Assembly: GCF_006345805.1 (NCBI RefSeq)
Contig: NC_043000.1
Coordinates: forward strand, 44,826,001-44,890,000
Origin: Octopus sinensis
Lineage: Eukaryota
Direction of reading: 5' to 3'
DNA: 64,000 nt
Shown: piece after piece, positions 1-13,255 of the stretch
Layout: each line of letters starts with the position of its first letter
How positions within the stretch are numbered: the first letter of the stretch is position 1
Notes under the pieces: model-generated
What the model saw: the letters and a program-made list of their open reading frames with translations, nothing else
Told to the model about the DNA's origin: nothing
Databases searched by the model: none
Position numbers and translations under genes: made by a program

Positions 1-188
1 AAACATTAGCAAAGCGATTTATTCTGATAGCGATATTATGCAAATGTACATAGGTTATCTAAGTGTACGAAGATTACGAAGACGTAAAACTTGGAAACAT
101 GGTTCTCGAGTCATACGCTCCTTGGCTTAATTTATTTAGCATACAATTACTTTAAGCATAGATTCTTCTTCCGATCCTCGAACGATAT

Positions 189-194
189 ACACAG

Positions 195-279
<85 letters not shown>

Positions 280-298
280 TGTGTGTGTATTTATACAT
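189..298. repeat. Compound (CA)n(TA)n(TG)n microsatellite
   Basis: Direct reading; source of the [12 protein letters not shown] ORFs. Confidence 0.97.
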
Positions 299-1411
299 AG
301 ATATGTGTGTATATTTGTCTGCATGCACGTATGTATGAACATATATGAATAAATAAATGCATACATATATGAACATATACAAATGTATGTGTGCCTGTGT
401 GAGTAAGTGTGCTTGCATGTGCATGTGTATGTGTGTGTGCGTACATGTGTGTATGTATGTGTATCTTCATCGCTTTGCCTTTAGTGATATCATCTTTTAT
501 CTCTTCAAACCACTTGAGAAGGAGGAAGCAAGGAAAAAAAATAAAAGGTTTCCTTGGAACCAATGTGACTGCATATAGTTGACAGATATATTTACATGAA
601 AGTGTTATTGAAGAAACGAATTGTCTTGTGGCACAGCTTTGTTGATATTTGGAGGCAAGTCAAGATGATATATGGCAATTATTGCTTACAAAAGAAAAAT
701 AGATTATTATTAACTTGATATTACTTTATTACCTCTCCACTCACCATCTTAATTTCCAGATAAATTCCATTCTTTGTTCTAGCCTTTGGCTACTTGTGTT
801 ACTGTTTGTTCTGAACGGTATTAGAAGAGAGAATGACAACTGTCCAAAAGTATTTTCTACCAGTATCTAATATTATTATTTGCAAAGCGAAATTTATAGA
901 TGTAGGCATAAGATATTATCCAATTAAACAACTCAAGCTATTTGTGGTTTGGATGTGTCTTCAATTCCATAACTTATTCCATACAGTCACTAAACAATTG
1001 AACCAATCAATGAAGTTGGATGTATTTTGATAACGTTGATTTTTCTTGTTTGTATTGTGTAAAGCACATTATATGACAAAACATACAAGTTCATTGAATT
1101 GTCTCTTGTTCATTACTTGTTCTTATTATGTCAATCCCAGAAAGATGAATAATAACGTCATTCACAATGGAATTCTAATGTAAAATACAAACCAATTAAA
1201 CTGCATTCAATCCCTTTTTCGCTATCCGCCAAATTTCTTTCTGATAGTGTTCTCTGGGTTTAGCGGTAGGGCGTTTTTTAGAGAATGGATAGAGTTGAAT
1301 TATTAATTACAGTACATTACAAATATATATTGCTACACAACTATATCTTGAAAGACTGAGGCAAATGAGTAAAATTTAACTCACTGTCAATTGCATGTAT
1401 ATAATCAGTGT

Positions 1412-1612
1412 ACAATATGTCGATCATGATACAGTGTAATTGGCAGAGAACAATAAGACATTACAAGATACTGCTGATTCAGTGAATGAGCATAGTTTCA
1501 AGAAAGGTTTAATATGAATGTATTAAATACAAAGATAATAATTCTTGCTATAACAGAACAATAGGAAGCAAATATAACGGTAGATGGATATAAACTAGAA
1601 CAAGTGAAAGCA
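1412..1612 (+). mobile_element. Decayed RTE-type LINE reverse transcriptase fragment
   Basis: With stops and frameshifts reads QYVDHDTV*LAE..LQD..VNEHSFKKG/LNMNVLNTKII..EANITVDGYKLEQVK, matching the YADDTVL..GLKIN..KTK..LEQV region. Confidence 0.65.
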
Positions 1613-1818
1613 TCAATGATTCAAGAAAGTTAAAATATAACTGCTTAAACGCTTGTCAAAGTTTCTGCCCCATATTGGGGATGTGGCGTAATATAAGATT
1701 TTATCAGCCTCAACTTTAATATTCTGTCTTTTGAGGTGAAGATCTTTTCCCATTTTTGTAAATACATATTTTTAATAATTATAGGTTGAGTAAACTCTAC
1801 ACAGCGTATATCTTTCTC

Positions 1819-1853
<35 letters not shown>

Positions 1854-1891
1854 CTCTCTCTCTCTCCCTTGTTATATATATATATATATAT

Positions 1892-1923
<32 letters not shown>

Positions 1924-1927
1924 ATAT
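1819..1927. repeat. (CT)n(TA)n microsatellite
   Basis: Direct reading. Confidence 0.95.
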
Positions 1928-1944
1928 GTATTCTTTTACCTTTT

Positions 1945-2020
1945 TAGTCATTTGACTGCGGCCAAGCTGGAGCACCGCCATAAAGGGTTTTTTCCTCAAA
2001 GAAATCGACCCCAAGACTTA
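1945..2020 (-). mobile_element. SINE 3' fragment (family D)
   Basis: agtcatttgactgcggccaagctggagcaccgcc recurs near 15090. Confidence 0.7.
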
Positions 2021-2034
2021 CTATTGTAAATTAT

Positions 2035-2170
2035 TTATATTATTTACATTTGACGGATATGTGTCCTCATCTTGTTTTCAGTTAACACAACGTTTCGACT
2101 GTTACAGGTGTCTGTGGGAAATTTCGAACCTGGGTACTCAATCCTAAGGTATTTTTCGATGTTGTTATTA
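2035..2170 (-). mobile_element. Penelope-like terminal segment with partly deleted HHR
   Basis: Homologous to 10972-11130 and 13280-13438; keeps aacacaacgtttc and caggtgtc but has lost helix II and part of the core. Confidence 0.85.
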
Positions 2171-2275
2171 CTATTATTTTTTTCCTTCTTTCTTCAAATT
2201 TTCTTCCATTTCTCGCCGTGAGCTTCAGTTTCAGCTGTTATCATCAGTTAAGCCATTGTGTTGTTCGTTTTTTTT
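2171..2275 (-). mobile_element. 3' tail of an R4/Dong-like element
   Basis: Reverse complement cggcgagaaatggaagaaaatttgaagaaagaagg..aataatagtaat matches the 3' UTR near 49825-49865. Confidence 0.65.
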
Positions 2276-2629
2276 CCTGGCCACTTTCTCTATTAGTGTA
2301 TGTTTTCGTCATCTAAATTAGTAGATAATTTAAGGATTCACTAATGTGCATACACAAAATTCATATAAAAAGCAGGCTGTACTGTTTCACCAAAAAGGAC
2401 AATCATAATTGCCTCTAAATATGACTAGAGTATACAAAAACACCTATATTGCTAGAAATGAGTTATAAAATGTTCTAATTCTGTAGTTAACGCACATGAA
2501 TGAAAACATACACTAATAAAGACTATAACTGTCCGAAAAATATCGTTGAGAAAGACAAACTTCACTTTCGGAAAATTCCCGGTGCCATCATCAGATAAGT
2601 CAGCCCGGTCTTCGGCTTTTTCCGGACCT

Positions 2630-2662
2630 ATATATATATATGTGCGTGTGTACACACACACA

Positions 2663-2740
<78 letters not shown>
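2630..2740. repeat. (TA)n(CA)n(TA)n microsatellite
   Basis: Direct reading. Confidence 0.95.
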
Positions 2741-2743
<3 letters not shown>

Positions 2744-3519
2744 CTTTGGATCGACGCTGTGTGATGGATTCCGGTTTTCCTTGTAAACTGAATTTTTTAA
2801 GCACTTGGCCATGCACAAGGTGATATATGAAATCTACGTTGCGCTTTTGCAATACACACGCAATTTCTCCTTACTGTGAAAATTGTCTCTCTTAAAAGCA
2901 CAATGTCAAAAATCTGTGTAGAGATGTCAATCAATTACATCGCGCCAGTATGTGGTCGCTACTTTATTTTATCAGACCTTGAGTGTACAAATGCAAAAAT
3001 CGAAAACGGTTGGATTTGACAGCAGAATGCAAATTGCCTCTGCGAATACCAGAAAATATTTTATCGCAGGCTCTAACGAGACTAGTATTGTGCAATACTA
3101 TCGCGAATATTTAACTACCATTAAGCCACAGGGATTACTACACTGTGAGTAATAAAATGACTTATTGTAATGAGTTTCTATCGTTGTCAGTGATTTATCA
3201 AAGAAAAAATACCCTTCTTTACACGGAAAGATTATTTGTTTATACTTATTTCTACTAAGGTAAACCAAAGAAAGGTTATTGTTTACTGTAATATATACTT
3301 TGAAATATGCATAGTTCAGAAACACATAATTTTGCCACACTGTAAAAGATGAGCCGAGTAATCGCACCACAGTTTTCACTTGTTTGTCGGCAGAAGAGTT
3401 TAATTCACACGTTCCTCGTCTTCTTAAACTATCAATTTTATCGCGAGAAATTAGCTTACTGCATGATATAAGAGCGAAGACGTTCATCTATATAGCCGGA
3501 GTAATTTTAAAGATACACA

Positions 3520-3587
3520 GTTGTTGTTGTTGCTATTGTTGCTACTGCTGCTGTTGTTGCTGCTGCTGCTACTCTTGCTGCTGCTGT
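3520..3587. repeat. (GTT/GCT)n trinucleotide repeat
   Basis: Direct reading; gives the poly-Cys ORF. Confidence 0.9.
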
Positions 3588-4619
3588 ACGTGTATATTCA
3601 ATTTGATCTGTGATCTGAAATTGGAATTTTATTATCATCTTTTCAGACATAGTCCCTCTACGAATGTAGTAATTAATGAATAATACTTTTGAGACGATCG
3701 TGTGTTTTTAAGAAAGCTCTAGTTGTTCTTTTTATCAAGTGAGTAATCGGCTATGAACTCCAGCTATTACAGGATCCTGCACATTATTTATAGTTAGTTT
3801 AGTACTGATCTATAAACTCAACACGTGATTCTGTTATATGTAAAGAGAAATATATTAAAATCCACTTGCAATGCAATGTTTGTTTCGGAATGGGGAATAC
3901 ATTTATTCGATATTTCCACTGAACAAGACCTCATCATGAACCGGAATAATTTTTAAGTGGGAAGCGAGCTATGAACACCTAAATATACGAGATTAAAAGA
4001 CACACACGCACACATACATAGCACATGTATATACAGATGGAGCACAAACACAAACATATATACTGATGTATACTTTAAAACCAATGACATTACTGTAATG
4101 ACATCAGTATGACAAATACATGTCGTTCGGGACACCTTATATACTGGTGATTACACTAAAGCGAACGCAGAGAGGAATAATGTGGCGAAGATACGATGTC
4201 TGTGATATTCAAGTCATGCAATAATAAACTGTTGACAGACGAGTTCGTGGTGATTGCTAATCTGCTCTTTCAGAAATCCTAATAAATATTACTTCTTTCA
4301 TAACCTTCAATCGAAGGCCAGAATAAAATCCATAATTTCTATATTCTGGCAGCTGTCAAGTGCCATTTAATAGACGAAGCTGCTGCGTTCATATGTTCCC
4401 TTATGCATAAGTACAATCAGTGATAATGGTAGTAGAGGAGTTTGTGGTAATGATAAGCACCGCTTGCGTAAGTTTTCTATGCATTTGATAGAGAGCACCT
4501 CGTAAAATCTAAGTAATGAATCAAAATAATAAAAGAGACAGGTCACTAATATGCATACATGCACAACCACACAGACCACACACACTCACACACACACGCA
4601 CATATCTATGTATGTGAGT

Positions 4620-4656
4620 TTACAGGTATGTATATAGATACGTACATATATATATA

Positions 4657-4720
<64 letters not shown>

Positions 4721-4770
4721 ATATTATATATATATATTATGTATACAGATAGATACATACATATATATAC

Positions 4771-4810
<40 letters not shown>
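4620..4810. repeat. Interrupted (TA)n microsatellite
   Basis: Direct reading. Confidence 0.95.
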
Positions 4811-4812
<2 letters not shown>

Positions 4813-5482
4813 CATAGAAAAATGCGAGCAAGAGAAATAATATTCTTAAGATTATGAACCTGGAAATGTTCAGGACAACTTATTACATCTAGTAAAGTAC
4901 AGAACAAGAACATTTTTACTTAAAATATTGCAGCGAAGTATAATATTTCATATATATTTAAATTTAGAAAATATTAGCTTTTATTAAAACTAAAAATGTT
5001 ATTACTTCTATTAAAAAATAAAAACTTTGATGGACGTTTCATTTTCAAATTCCTATCTCAAGATTATCTTGCGCTCAGGCAATACGCTTCAATTAAACTT
5101 TCCTATTACTTAGGGCTTACGATGTCCTCATTCTTCGGAAATCTTTCTTGCGTAGATTCTGAACACTTCCATCTGTTTCGACTTTATCTCTAATTTAATA
5201 ATCATATATTAAGTGTACTTATTGAATACAAGAAAAAAATATATGTATTTGCTAGCTCTTGAAGTCATGTTATTTTTCTAAATAATGAGTGGTGTAATCG
5301 GCATTATCTAAATGTCTCCGAAAATATCTGTGATAATAATATCCTTAATATCATACAGATAAACGGTGTATTTATATGTATAAACGTCAGTATATATATG
5401 ATTATATAAAAGTGGGTGAGCGGTTGCACGCGCGTCTGAAACTTCTATCTTAATGTGTAGGGATATATAAATGATAAACGTT

Positions 5483-5777
5483 GCCCTTTTCAAGCCTAAC
5501 CAGGCTCATGGGCCCGGTTTCCCGGTTTCTGTCCCGTATGCCCCCCCCCCAGCTGGACGGGACACCAGTCCATCGCAGCGTTACTCAAGAAACAGGAAGA
5601 GAGAAAGTTGTGGCGAAAGAGTACAACAGGGACCACCACCACCCCCTGTCGGAGATCGTGGATCTTTCAGGTATTTTCGCTCAATAAACACACACACAAC
5701 GACCGGTCTGAGAATCGAAACCACGATCCTCCGACAGCGAGTCCGCTGCCCTAACCACTGGGCCATTGCGCCTCCAC
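5483..5777 (-). mobile_element. tRNA-derived SINE (family B, Arg-like head)
   Basis: Minus-strand head GGAGGCGCAATGGCCCAGTGGTTAGGGCAGCGGACTCG..GGTTTCGATT with A/B boxes; copies at 15135-15285 and 38136-38398. Confidence 0.9.
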
Positions 5778-8186
5778 AGAGATATATGTATGAACTTATA
5801 CATACTAAGTTTATTTTCTTGGCTGTTGCAGAGAGAAAAATATATTTCAGTCTTCAATAAAATAATAGAATATATCTGTTTTTGAATGGCATTTCATTCC
5901 GAGTAAAAAGAATGTTTAAATATTTGTAAAATATCTGTAACAGTCTATTGAAATCTAAAACACAACTGTCAGTATTGCACTGTTTAATGGGAAAATAATA
6001 TGGGCGATAGAGAAAGAGAGAAACACGGAGAAAGGGAGAGACAGAGCAGGGGAGACATGCTTCAATATCTATTTTCCCCAAACCGAGAATGTCAAAACAA
6101 TTTAAATAATAGAACAGAAAAAAAAAGTTCGGTGAAATATTGCACGTATAATGCTGTTTAGTGACACAGAAATTCGATACGCACTCTCCTAGTGCGAAAG
6201 TAAGTATTGGTGAATTATATATTTATACGTGATAGGACAAGAAAAGCGTCAGGTCTCTAGTTTGCCTATGATACCCTTGTAGGCCTTCTGATTCACGGTT
6301 ATTTAGGTTGGAAATGAGTATAATTAATTTCACCAGAGTGTGAGGACCTAATCACGTCATTGGCTTCATTATTCACCACTTTTTCCTTCATTTTCTACTT
6401 TCTACTTCAATCGTATTGGGGCATTGTAGAAAAGAAATGTCTGAAGTGTATAATGGACATAGCCACAAGTTCTGTGTTCTAATCACTGACAACGAGGAAG
6501 TCCCCCACACACACATGCGCGTGTGTGCACACATACTTACATATAAATTTAAGTACATGGATTTATATGGGTTTCGACGAGGTGTATTCCATTGTTTGAT
6601 TAGATCAAGTGAATTATTTGCTCATTGAATTAGTGTGTAACTACATGTGTATTCTAAACGTAATTTGAAAATATAACAATCCTTGAAGTGTGTGTGGCAG
6701 TGCTGGAGCTTTCATTACAAGCATATTTCACGTGACAGTCTTCGAAATGTTCATTACCTGACTAATTTCACTCGCAACTTTTCTGTCCATTCAAAGTTTA
6801 GGGAAACGCATTTGTTCAACATAATAAAGATAGTGGAACAGAACCTGAAACCTCTGATAGTGACGTGGACTAATTAATAGTTTAATTGTGCTATACATAC
6901 ATCTACACACACAAACACACATCACAAACACATACACACACACAAGCACACGCATTCACCCCACACCAACGACGCACACACACACACACACACACACACA
7001 AATATCCGATTAACTGGAACGGTACTGTATGACTTTCTAAATAATTGCGCTAAATTATATCTGTTTCACCACAAAAGATCATCTGTCTGATTTTCCACCC
7101 CCTGCACAACACCACGATACTTCCTTTGGTCCCTTAATGCACTATATTCTTTTTTCTCTCGCTGCTTAAGCTAAATCGACAGTTTACAAACATTTGGACT
7201 ATCAAATTCAGTACCGTTTCCTATCCTAGAAATGTCTTGCCTAAGTTCCAAAGTATACATAACGCTACACTTATTTGATGTGCTCTTCGCGTTTAAAATA
7301 ACAATTTCTAAGCATATTTTTCAAATGCAGCAACCACTCAAAGACTCCTTCATGTGTATAGCAACTATGATGTAGTCCACCTTACAATGCATTCTGATCA
7401 AGCAGATATATGATCAAAGCTTTTCAAATCATAACCATCTGGTAACGTCCAACAATTATTAAGGACTGCATTAATCATGGTCATAGGTATGATTTAATGG
7501 AGATTGGTTGCAGGATTTCGCACTTCAAGTGATTAAGTATCTGTGTTCCAGGGGTATAGAAGCTGTAGCAAAATACTGAAGTGAAATGGAACGACCCTGA
7601 TATCAGTTTTATATCACTATCAAAGTGTCTTTGCACTTCCGACTACACGATATCTAATGCAAAATAATGGAGTCATACTTTACAATTAGAATTTGTTTCT
7701 ATTAGGTTACACATATATTTTACTTATCTTCATGAGTTGAAATTAAAATAAGCTTTGTCTCCTATTTCCTTTTTTTTCTCCCTCTTTAATTATTTCATAT
7801 TCATTGTATTTTAAAAGTGTTTAGAGAAATATGGTTACATTTATATGTATATGCGTGTGTTTGTGTATATGTTTTTCTTACACACTCACACGCACACACA
7901 TATCTATAGTTATCTATCTACTATCTCCCTCTCTCTCTCTCTCACTCTCTGTATATATATATATGTATGGAATTTTATTGACTAGGTTAAAGAAAATTAT
8001 ATCTCTCTGAGATAATTTCTTTCAGTTAAATTGAAATGTATGATTCCATATAATTTTGACGAATCGGAATTCACACAGGCATTTCTCATTGTGTTAAATA
8101 GCTATTAATTTCTCTCCGAGTAGAGAATACGTTCACAAATGTGCTGTTATCCACTTTTACTTTTGTTTTTCGTACACACACACACA

Positions 8187-8236
<50 letters not shown>

Positions 8237-9714
8237 TACTTATATATACACATACATAAATATGCATATATGTTTGTATGTGTATGTAACATAAATATGT
8301 GTTTATCTATGTATCTATCTATACACACTCACACACACACACACACAGATACACGCACACACACAAACGCGCGCGCGTGCGAGTGTATTACTTCAATTTG
8401 GAATTTCATTTTCATAATTTCTTTTACTTTAAAATTTTGAAAGTCATGATTCCGAAATAAATTCTAATGAGATAGTGCGGAAGAGAAATAAAAGATAAAG
8501 GTATAAGTATTTTCGAAATCATGAATAATTTGCGTATAAAAACAAACACAAAAGATAAGCGAAAGAAAGCTAAAATGACATTTTCACATCAGCTTAACAG
8601 TTCTCTGCTTTAATTGTATGATATGAAGAAATACGAGAACGAAAACAACGACGAAATTCGTAAAAGTAATAACAATGACATTTGTTGGATTTATTTTCCA
8701 GCAATGCGCATCGACGCTTACAAAGAGTGCTACAAAACAGGTTTACAGGACGTGTTGAAATACATAAATGCGGTGATGTGTAAACAAATAGTGAAAGCAA
8801 GAGCGTTCAAAGATATATGTCTATACATATATATGCACCCCCCCCACACACACACATAAACACACGTACATACACAGACACACAAACATATGTCAATGTT
8901 AATGTTAGAAGCCGTCACATATTTCAGATCAAATCGATTGCCATTCCTATCACGTGACCGTGTTGTAGCTTAGGGTCAAACATTCGTATAACGTCAAGGA
9001 ATGCATTGGCGAAAATTTATCGTACCAGGACTCGTGTAACTGTCCTCCTATCACGTGTAGAATGCGTATATTTACTGGATCATTACCTTCTTGATTTAAC
9101 ATTATATTGTTTAGTTGTATGTTTTCCTCAATTTAAAGCTAATGGGTGAACGGGCTCTTATTTTTATGTCTAACACCAAACCCATTTGGTTTAATTTCCG
9201 TTTCTAGTTTTCAATATCTTTTCTGACGACCGCAACAGCATAATCTACATAATCTTTTTCATTTCATTAGAAGATGATCTTTTGCTTTGCAAATTTTATT
9301 TTGCCGTTCCCAAGTGTGAGAAAATAATCAATAAATATATGTATTAACATATTTTTATTATAGTGTCCACCGTTAAAATTCCAAAATATTGAGTAGAAAG
9401 CAATAGCACACCCAAACAGTGCAAGTATTAAGAATTGTAATAATCGCTTGACATTTTAGCACAAGACCAGTAAAATTAGGGGGATGGGATTTTTGGATTA
9501 TATCGAACCCTGTACTTAAATGGCACGGTATTTCATCGATCCCGAAATGATGGAGGACAAAACGGATGTCGGCGATACTTGAACGTTTGAGCTCAGTAGT
9601 GTAAGGATAGGAACAAATTAAGAAAAGCAGTTTTTCCAACATAGTAACAATTCTGTTAGCTCACTGCCCAGCAGAATACTTTCTACTATTGGCACAATGT
9701 CCGAAATTAGTGGG

Positions 9715-9890
9715 GTGAGTCTAGTCGAGTGATTCCACTCCTGTGCTTGATTGGTACTTATTTTATCGAACCCGATAGAAAGAAAAGCATAGTCGACTAA
9801 GAAAGAATTTCAACTCAGGACGTAAAGGCGGACGAAATTCCGCTATTTTGTTCAGCGAGCTAACATTTCTGCCAGCTCGCCGCCTTCAAC
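9715..9890 (-). mobile_element. SINE family A, decayed
   Basis: tctgccagctcgccgcc head and body match the other family A copies. Confidence 0.75.
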
Positions 9891-10971
9891 AGACTAAATA
9901 ATGACAACCAGAATATAAAAGAATAAACGCAATAAACCTCATATTTGAAGGAATAAAACGTAGAAATGATGACATAGGTGTTTTGTGAACATCATTCAGG
10001 CGTGTAAATATATTTACCCGGAAATTAAAATTTCATCTGTGATTCAACATATATGGTACTTATTGATTGCTCTCCTGGAACTAATTTGTTATTCTCAGCA
10101 TTGTCCCTATAGAATAATTGCCTTATGAACTCGGCACTTAATGTCCTCTTCTTGAAATTTATGAGTTGCGTCCTCACAAGTATATTATTTGTGACTTGTG
10201 TCCACCTAAATAAATTAAGACTGATTTTTATCGATTTGAGGATATGAAATATAAAATTATCCTCCACAGGATTTGAACATCGAAGCAAGAAGGAAATTAA
10301 ATATTAAATACTGCAACATAATTATACTAGCGTTCTAACGATTCGGCTAACAATTATTGTCCTTGACACAATTAAAATGTTCTATAGATATTTGTGAAAA
10401 TACGAATATACCATAATTTAACATTTGCTACTTCCTGTAAATTCAGTGTTAGACATCAAAAAGCAACAATTATTACAGTCGCTACATCAGTAACAACAAC
10501 AATATACACGTATTTTACTGATGCATGTTTACTTGATGTTGTAAGTTATACGAATCAAATGAGAAATATAAAGTGACAGAAGTCCATTTCTATCAAATAA
10601 ATGCAATTAAAAGTAATCTACCCTATCTTCCGGCAAATTGGTCACATGAACAAAAGAAAAAGAAAACGAAGACTGAGGAAATGAGTATCTTATAATGTAT
10701 TTTATCCAACAAATATATGTTATATTGCATAGTAATGTTCTACGAACTAAATTTAATCTTGAAGAGAAAAAGCTGAGCAAATTAAATAACCGGCTAGACA
10801 AGGGTAAAAACGACATATAAGTGAAACCATACATGTGATTTCTACTGCATATTTAATCCGTTTTTCTAAGTTTCAGTGAAGATACTGTTCTCTTTTACTT
10901 TGATACAAACTTGAAAACAAACTTTTGAACTTGCTTTTCACGATGCAGAGATAGAATAAGAATATGTTCTT

Positions 10972-11444
10972 TGTTTACGTTATTTACATTTGACGGATAT
11001 TTGTCCTCATCTTGTTTGTTGTTAACAAAACGTTTCAGCTGATATACTTTCCAGCCTTCATCAGGTGTCTTGGGGAAATTTCGAACCTGGTTTCTCATTC
11101 CTAAGATATTTTTCGATGTTATTCCTCTTCTCATTATTATTATTATTATTATTCAAGTCACTGCCTGGAATCGAACTCGGAATCTTAGGCTTAGTAGCAC
11201 GCACACTTTACAACTTCGCCGTGGGCAATTATGGAGTGAAATTCAGGGCTTATACATCTAATATTTTCCTATCCTTCCTTAATACCAGTTCCCAAATTCT
11301 ATTCATATCTGCACTCGGTCTGCTTAGGAGGTTTTTGTGTCATAACATTTGCGCTGCTTCTTTTAGTTTTCGCCTTTTTCCAGCAGTGTTCTCTGTCTAT
11401 TATTTGAAATTCCTCCCACATTTTAACTTCATCCACTGCGGAAT
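10972..11444 (-). mobile_element. Penelope-like element 3' end, left arm of an inverted pair
   Basis: Minus strand reads ..WEEFQIIDREHCWK/RKLKEAAQML*HKNLLSRPSADMNRIWELVLRK (GIY-YIG C-terminus), then a tRNA-like segment, (AAT)n and an HHR. Confidence 0.85.
11024..11069 (-). ncRNA. Minimal type I hammerhead motif (one helix I mismatch)
   Basis: gacac CTGATGA aggctgg aaagtatat cagct GAAACGTT ttgtt; G-to-T at the first helix I position. Confidence 0.8.
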
Positions 11445-11706
11445 GAATTTAAAATGATAGATCGAGAAAACTATTGGAAAATACGAAAACTAAAAGAAGC
11501 AGCGCAGATGTTAGGACACAACAACCTCCTAAGCAGACCGAGTGCAGATATGTGTAGCATATGGGAACCGGTATTAAGGAAGGAATGGAAAACATTAGAT
11601 TTATAAGCCCTAAAATTCACTCCATAATTGCCGACGGGCATATAGCGTAGTGGTTAAGAGCGCGGGCTACTAACCTCAAGATTCCGATTTAGATTCCAGG
11701 CAGTGA

Positions 11707-11710
<4 letters not shown>
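11445..11710 (+). mobile_element. Penelope-like element 3' end, right arm, part 1
   Basis: Open frame 11445-11606 EFKMIDRENYWKIRKLKEAAQMLGHNNLLSRPSADMCSIWEPVLRKEWKTLDL*; inverted copy of 11150-11412. Confidence 0.85.
11636..11708 (+). promoter_or_regulatory. tRNA-derived Pol III promoter-like module in the Penelope 3' UTR
   Basis: A box TAGCGTAGTGG and CT-ACT-AA loop; B box GATTTAGATTCC here, canonical GAGTTCGATTCC in the left arm (11167-11178). Confidence 0.7.

Positions 11711-11786
<76 letters not shown>
11711..11786. repeat. (AAT)n tract
   Basis: Direct reading; similar tracts at 12419-12497 and 13256-13280. Confidence 0.97.
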
Positions 11787-11789
<3 letters not shown>

Positions 11790-12415
11790 CATATTATCTC
11801 TAGCTGCCCAGTCTTGGCTAAGAAGGAATATATTCACAGACATGACAGAGTTGGAACCTACATACATTGGAAGCTATGCCAACATTATGGAATAACAACA
11901 GAAAAAAGATGGTATAGGCACACACCAGAAAAGGTCACAGAAAACGAGAAAGCAACCATACTCTGGGATATGCCGATACACATAGATAGAGAAATTAAGG
12001 CCAACAGACCAGATATAGTTGTCAGAGATCATGAAGAAAAAAAATGCTTTCTAATTGATGTATCAATACCGGCTGATGACAACGTGTCTCTAAAAGAAAT
12101 GGAGAAACTTTCAAATTACAAAGACCTGGAAATAGAGGTAACCAGAATGTGGAATCCAAAAACAAACAATTCCTATTATAGTAGGTGCATTAGGCATGAT
12201 AAAAACATATTCAGACAAATACATAACAAAAACACCTGGACTTACAAACACATATAACATACAGAAAATTGCACTACTAGGCACTGCACACATCCTTCGC
12301 AGAACACTTTCCATACAATAACCATCAGAGCATCACAACAAATCACAGCACATACCTTTTGCGCACAGAGCTGCGCTCGGTAGTGAAGTGAAAGCACGCT
12401 ATAAAAATAAAACTA

Positions 12416-12420
<5 letters not shown>
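11787..12420 (+). mobile_element. 5'-truncated R4/Dong-like retrotransposon (knuckle end, RLE domain, 3' UTR)
   Basis: HIISSCPVLAKKEYIHRHD..ILWDMPI..NRPDIVV..IDVSIP..KYKDL-type motif; one frameshift near 12160; flanked by (AAT)n on both sides. Confidence 0.92.
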
Positions 12421-12498
<78 letters not shown>

Positions 12499-12839
12499 CT
12501 GCAACAAAATACTGAATTATCGTTCGTATTAGTTTGTTTAACAAGGACCATGATTGGTAGAATCAATACATCAATAGATAAAATGTGAATTGCTTAGTTC
12601 ACTCTTGAATCCAATTCTTGCCAGAGTTGACTTACCCTTTCTACCCTATTTAGTAAACAACATAAACCATCTGTTAAGTACTGGAATCCCTATAATTAAC
12701 TGTTTTTTTCTATCTCCACCTTATATTTAAGGCTTGCGTCTATATTTGTAATTAATATTTCTTTAACCATAAGCGCTAACATATTTTTTATTTCTCACCT
12801 GATCTTTCAAATGAAATATATTTACACCTAACAATCAGG

Positions 12840-13255
12840 AGACCAGATATAGTTGTCAGAGATCATGAAGGAAAAAAATGCTTTCTAATTGATGTATCAA
12901 TACCGGCTGATGACAACGTGTCTCTAAAAGAAATGGAGAAACTCTCAAAATACAAAGACCTGGAAATAGAGGTAACTAGAATGTGGAATCTGAAAACAGA
13001 AACAAAACCTATCATAGTAGGTGCATTAGGCATGATAAAAAAATATTCAGACAAATACATAACAAAAACACCAGGACTTACAAACACATACAACATACAG
13101 AAAATTGCACTACTAGGCACTGCACACATCCTACGCAGAACACTTTCCATACAATAACCATCAGACCATCACAACAAATCACAGCACATACCCAAGGCAC
13201 ACAGAGCTGTGCTCGTAGTGAAGTGAAAGAACGCTATAAAAATAAAACTACTGAA
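12840..13255 (+). mobile_element. Second 5'-truncated copy of the same R4/Dong-like family
   Basis: RPDIVV..IDVSIP..QKIALLGTAHILRRTLSIQ*; closely similar to 12006-12420; ends in (AAT)n. Confidence 0.92.

Noticed and set aside
3098-3487. 129-aa minus-strand ORF in unique DNA
   Set aside because: No recognisable motif or splice support; length alone is weak evidence.
11636-11708. Functional tRNA-Ser(ACT) gene
   Set aside because: Acceptor stem pairs poorly, B box mutated, no long variable arm, embedded in a retroelement.
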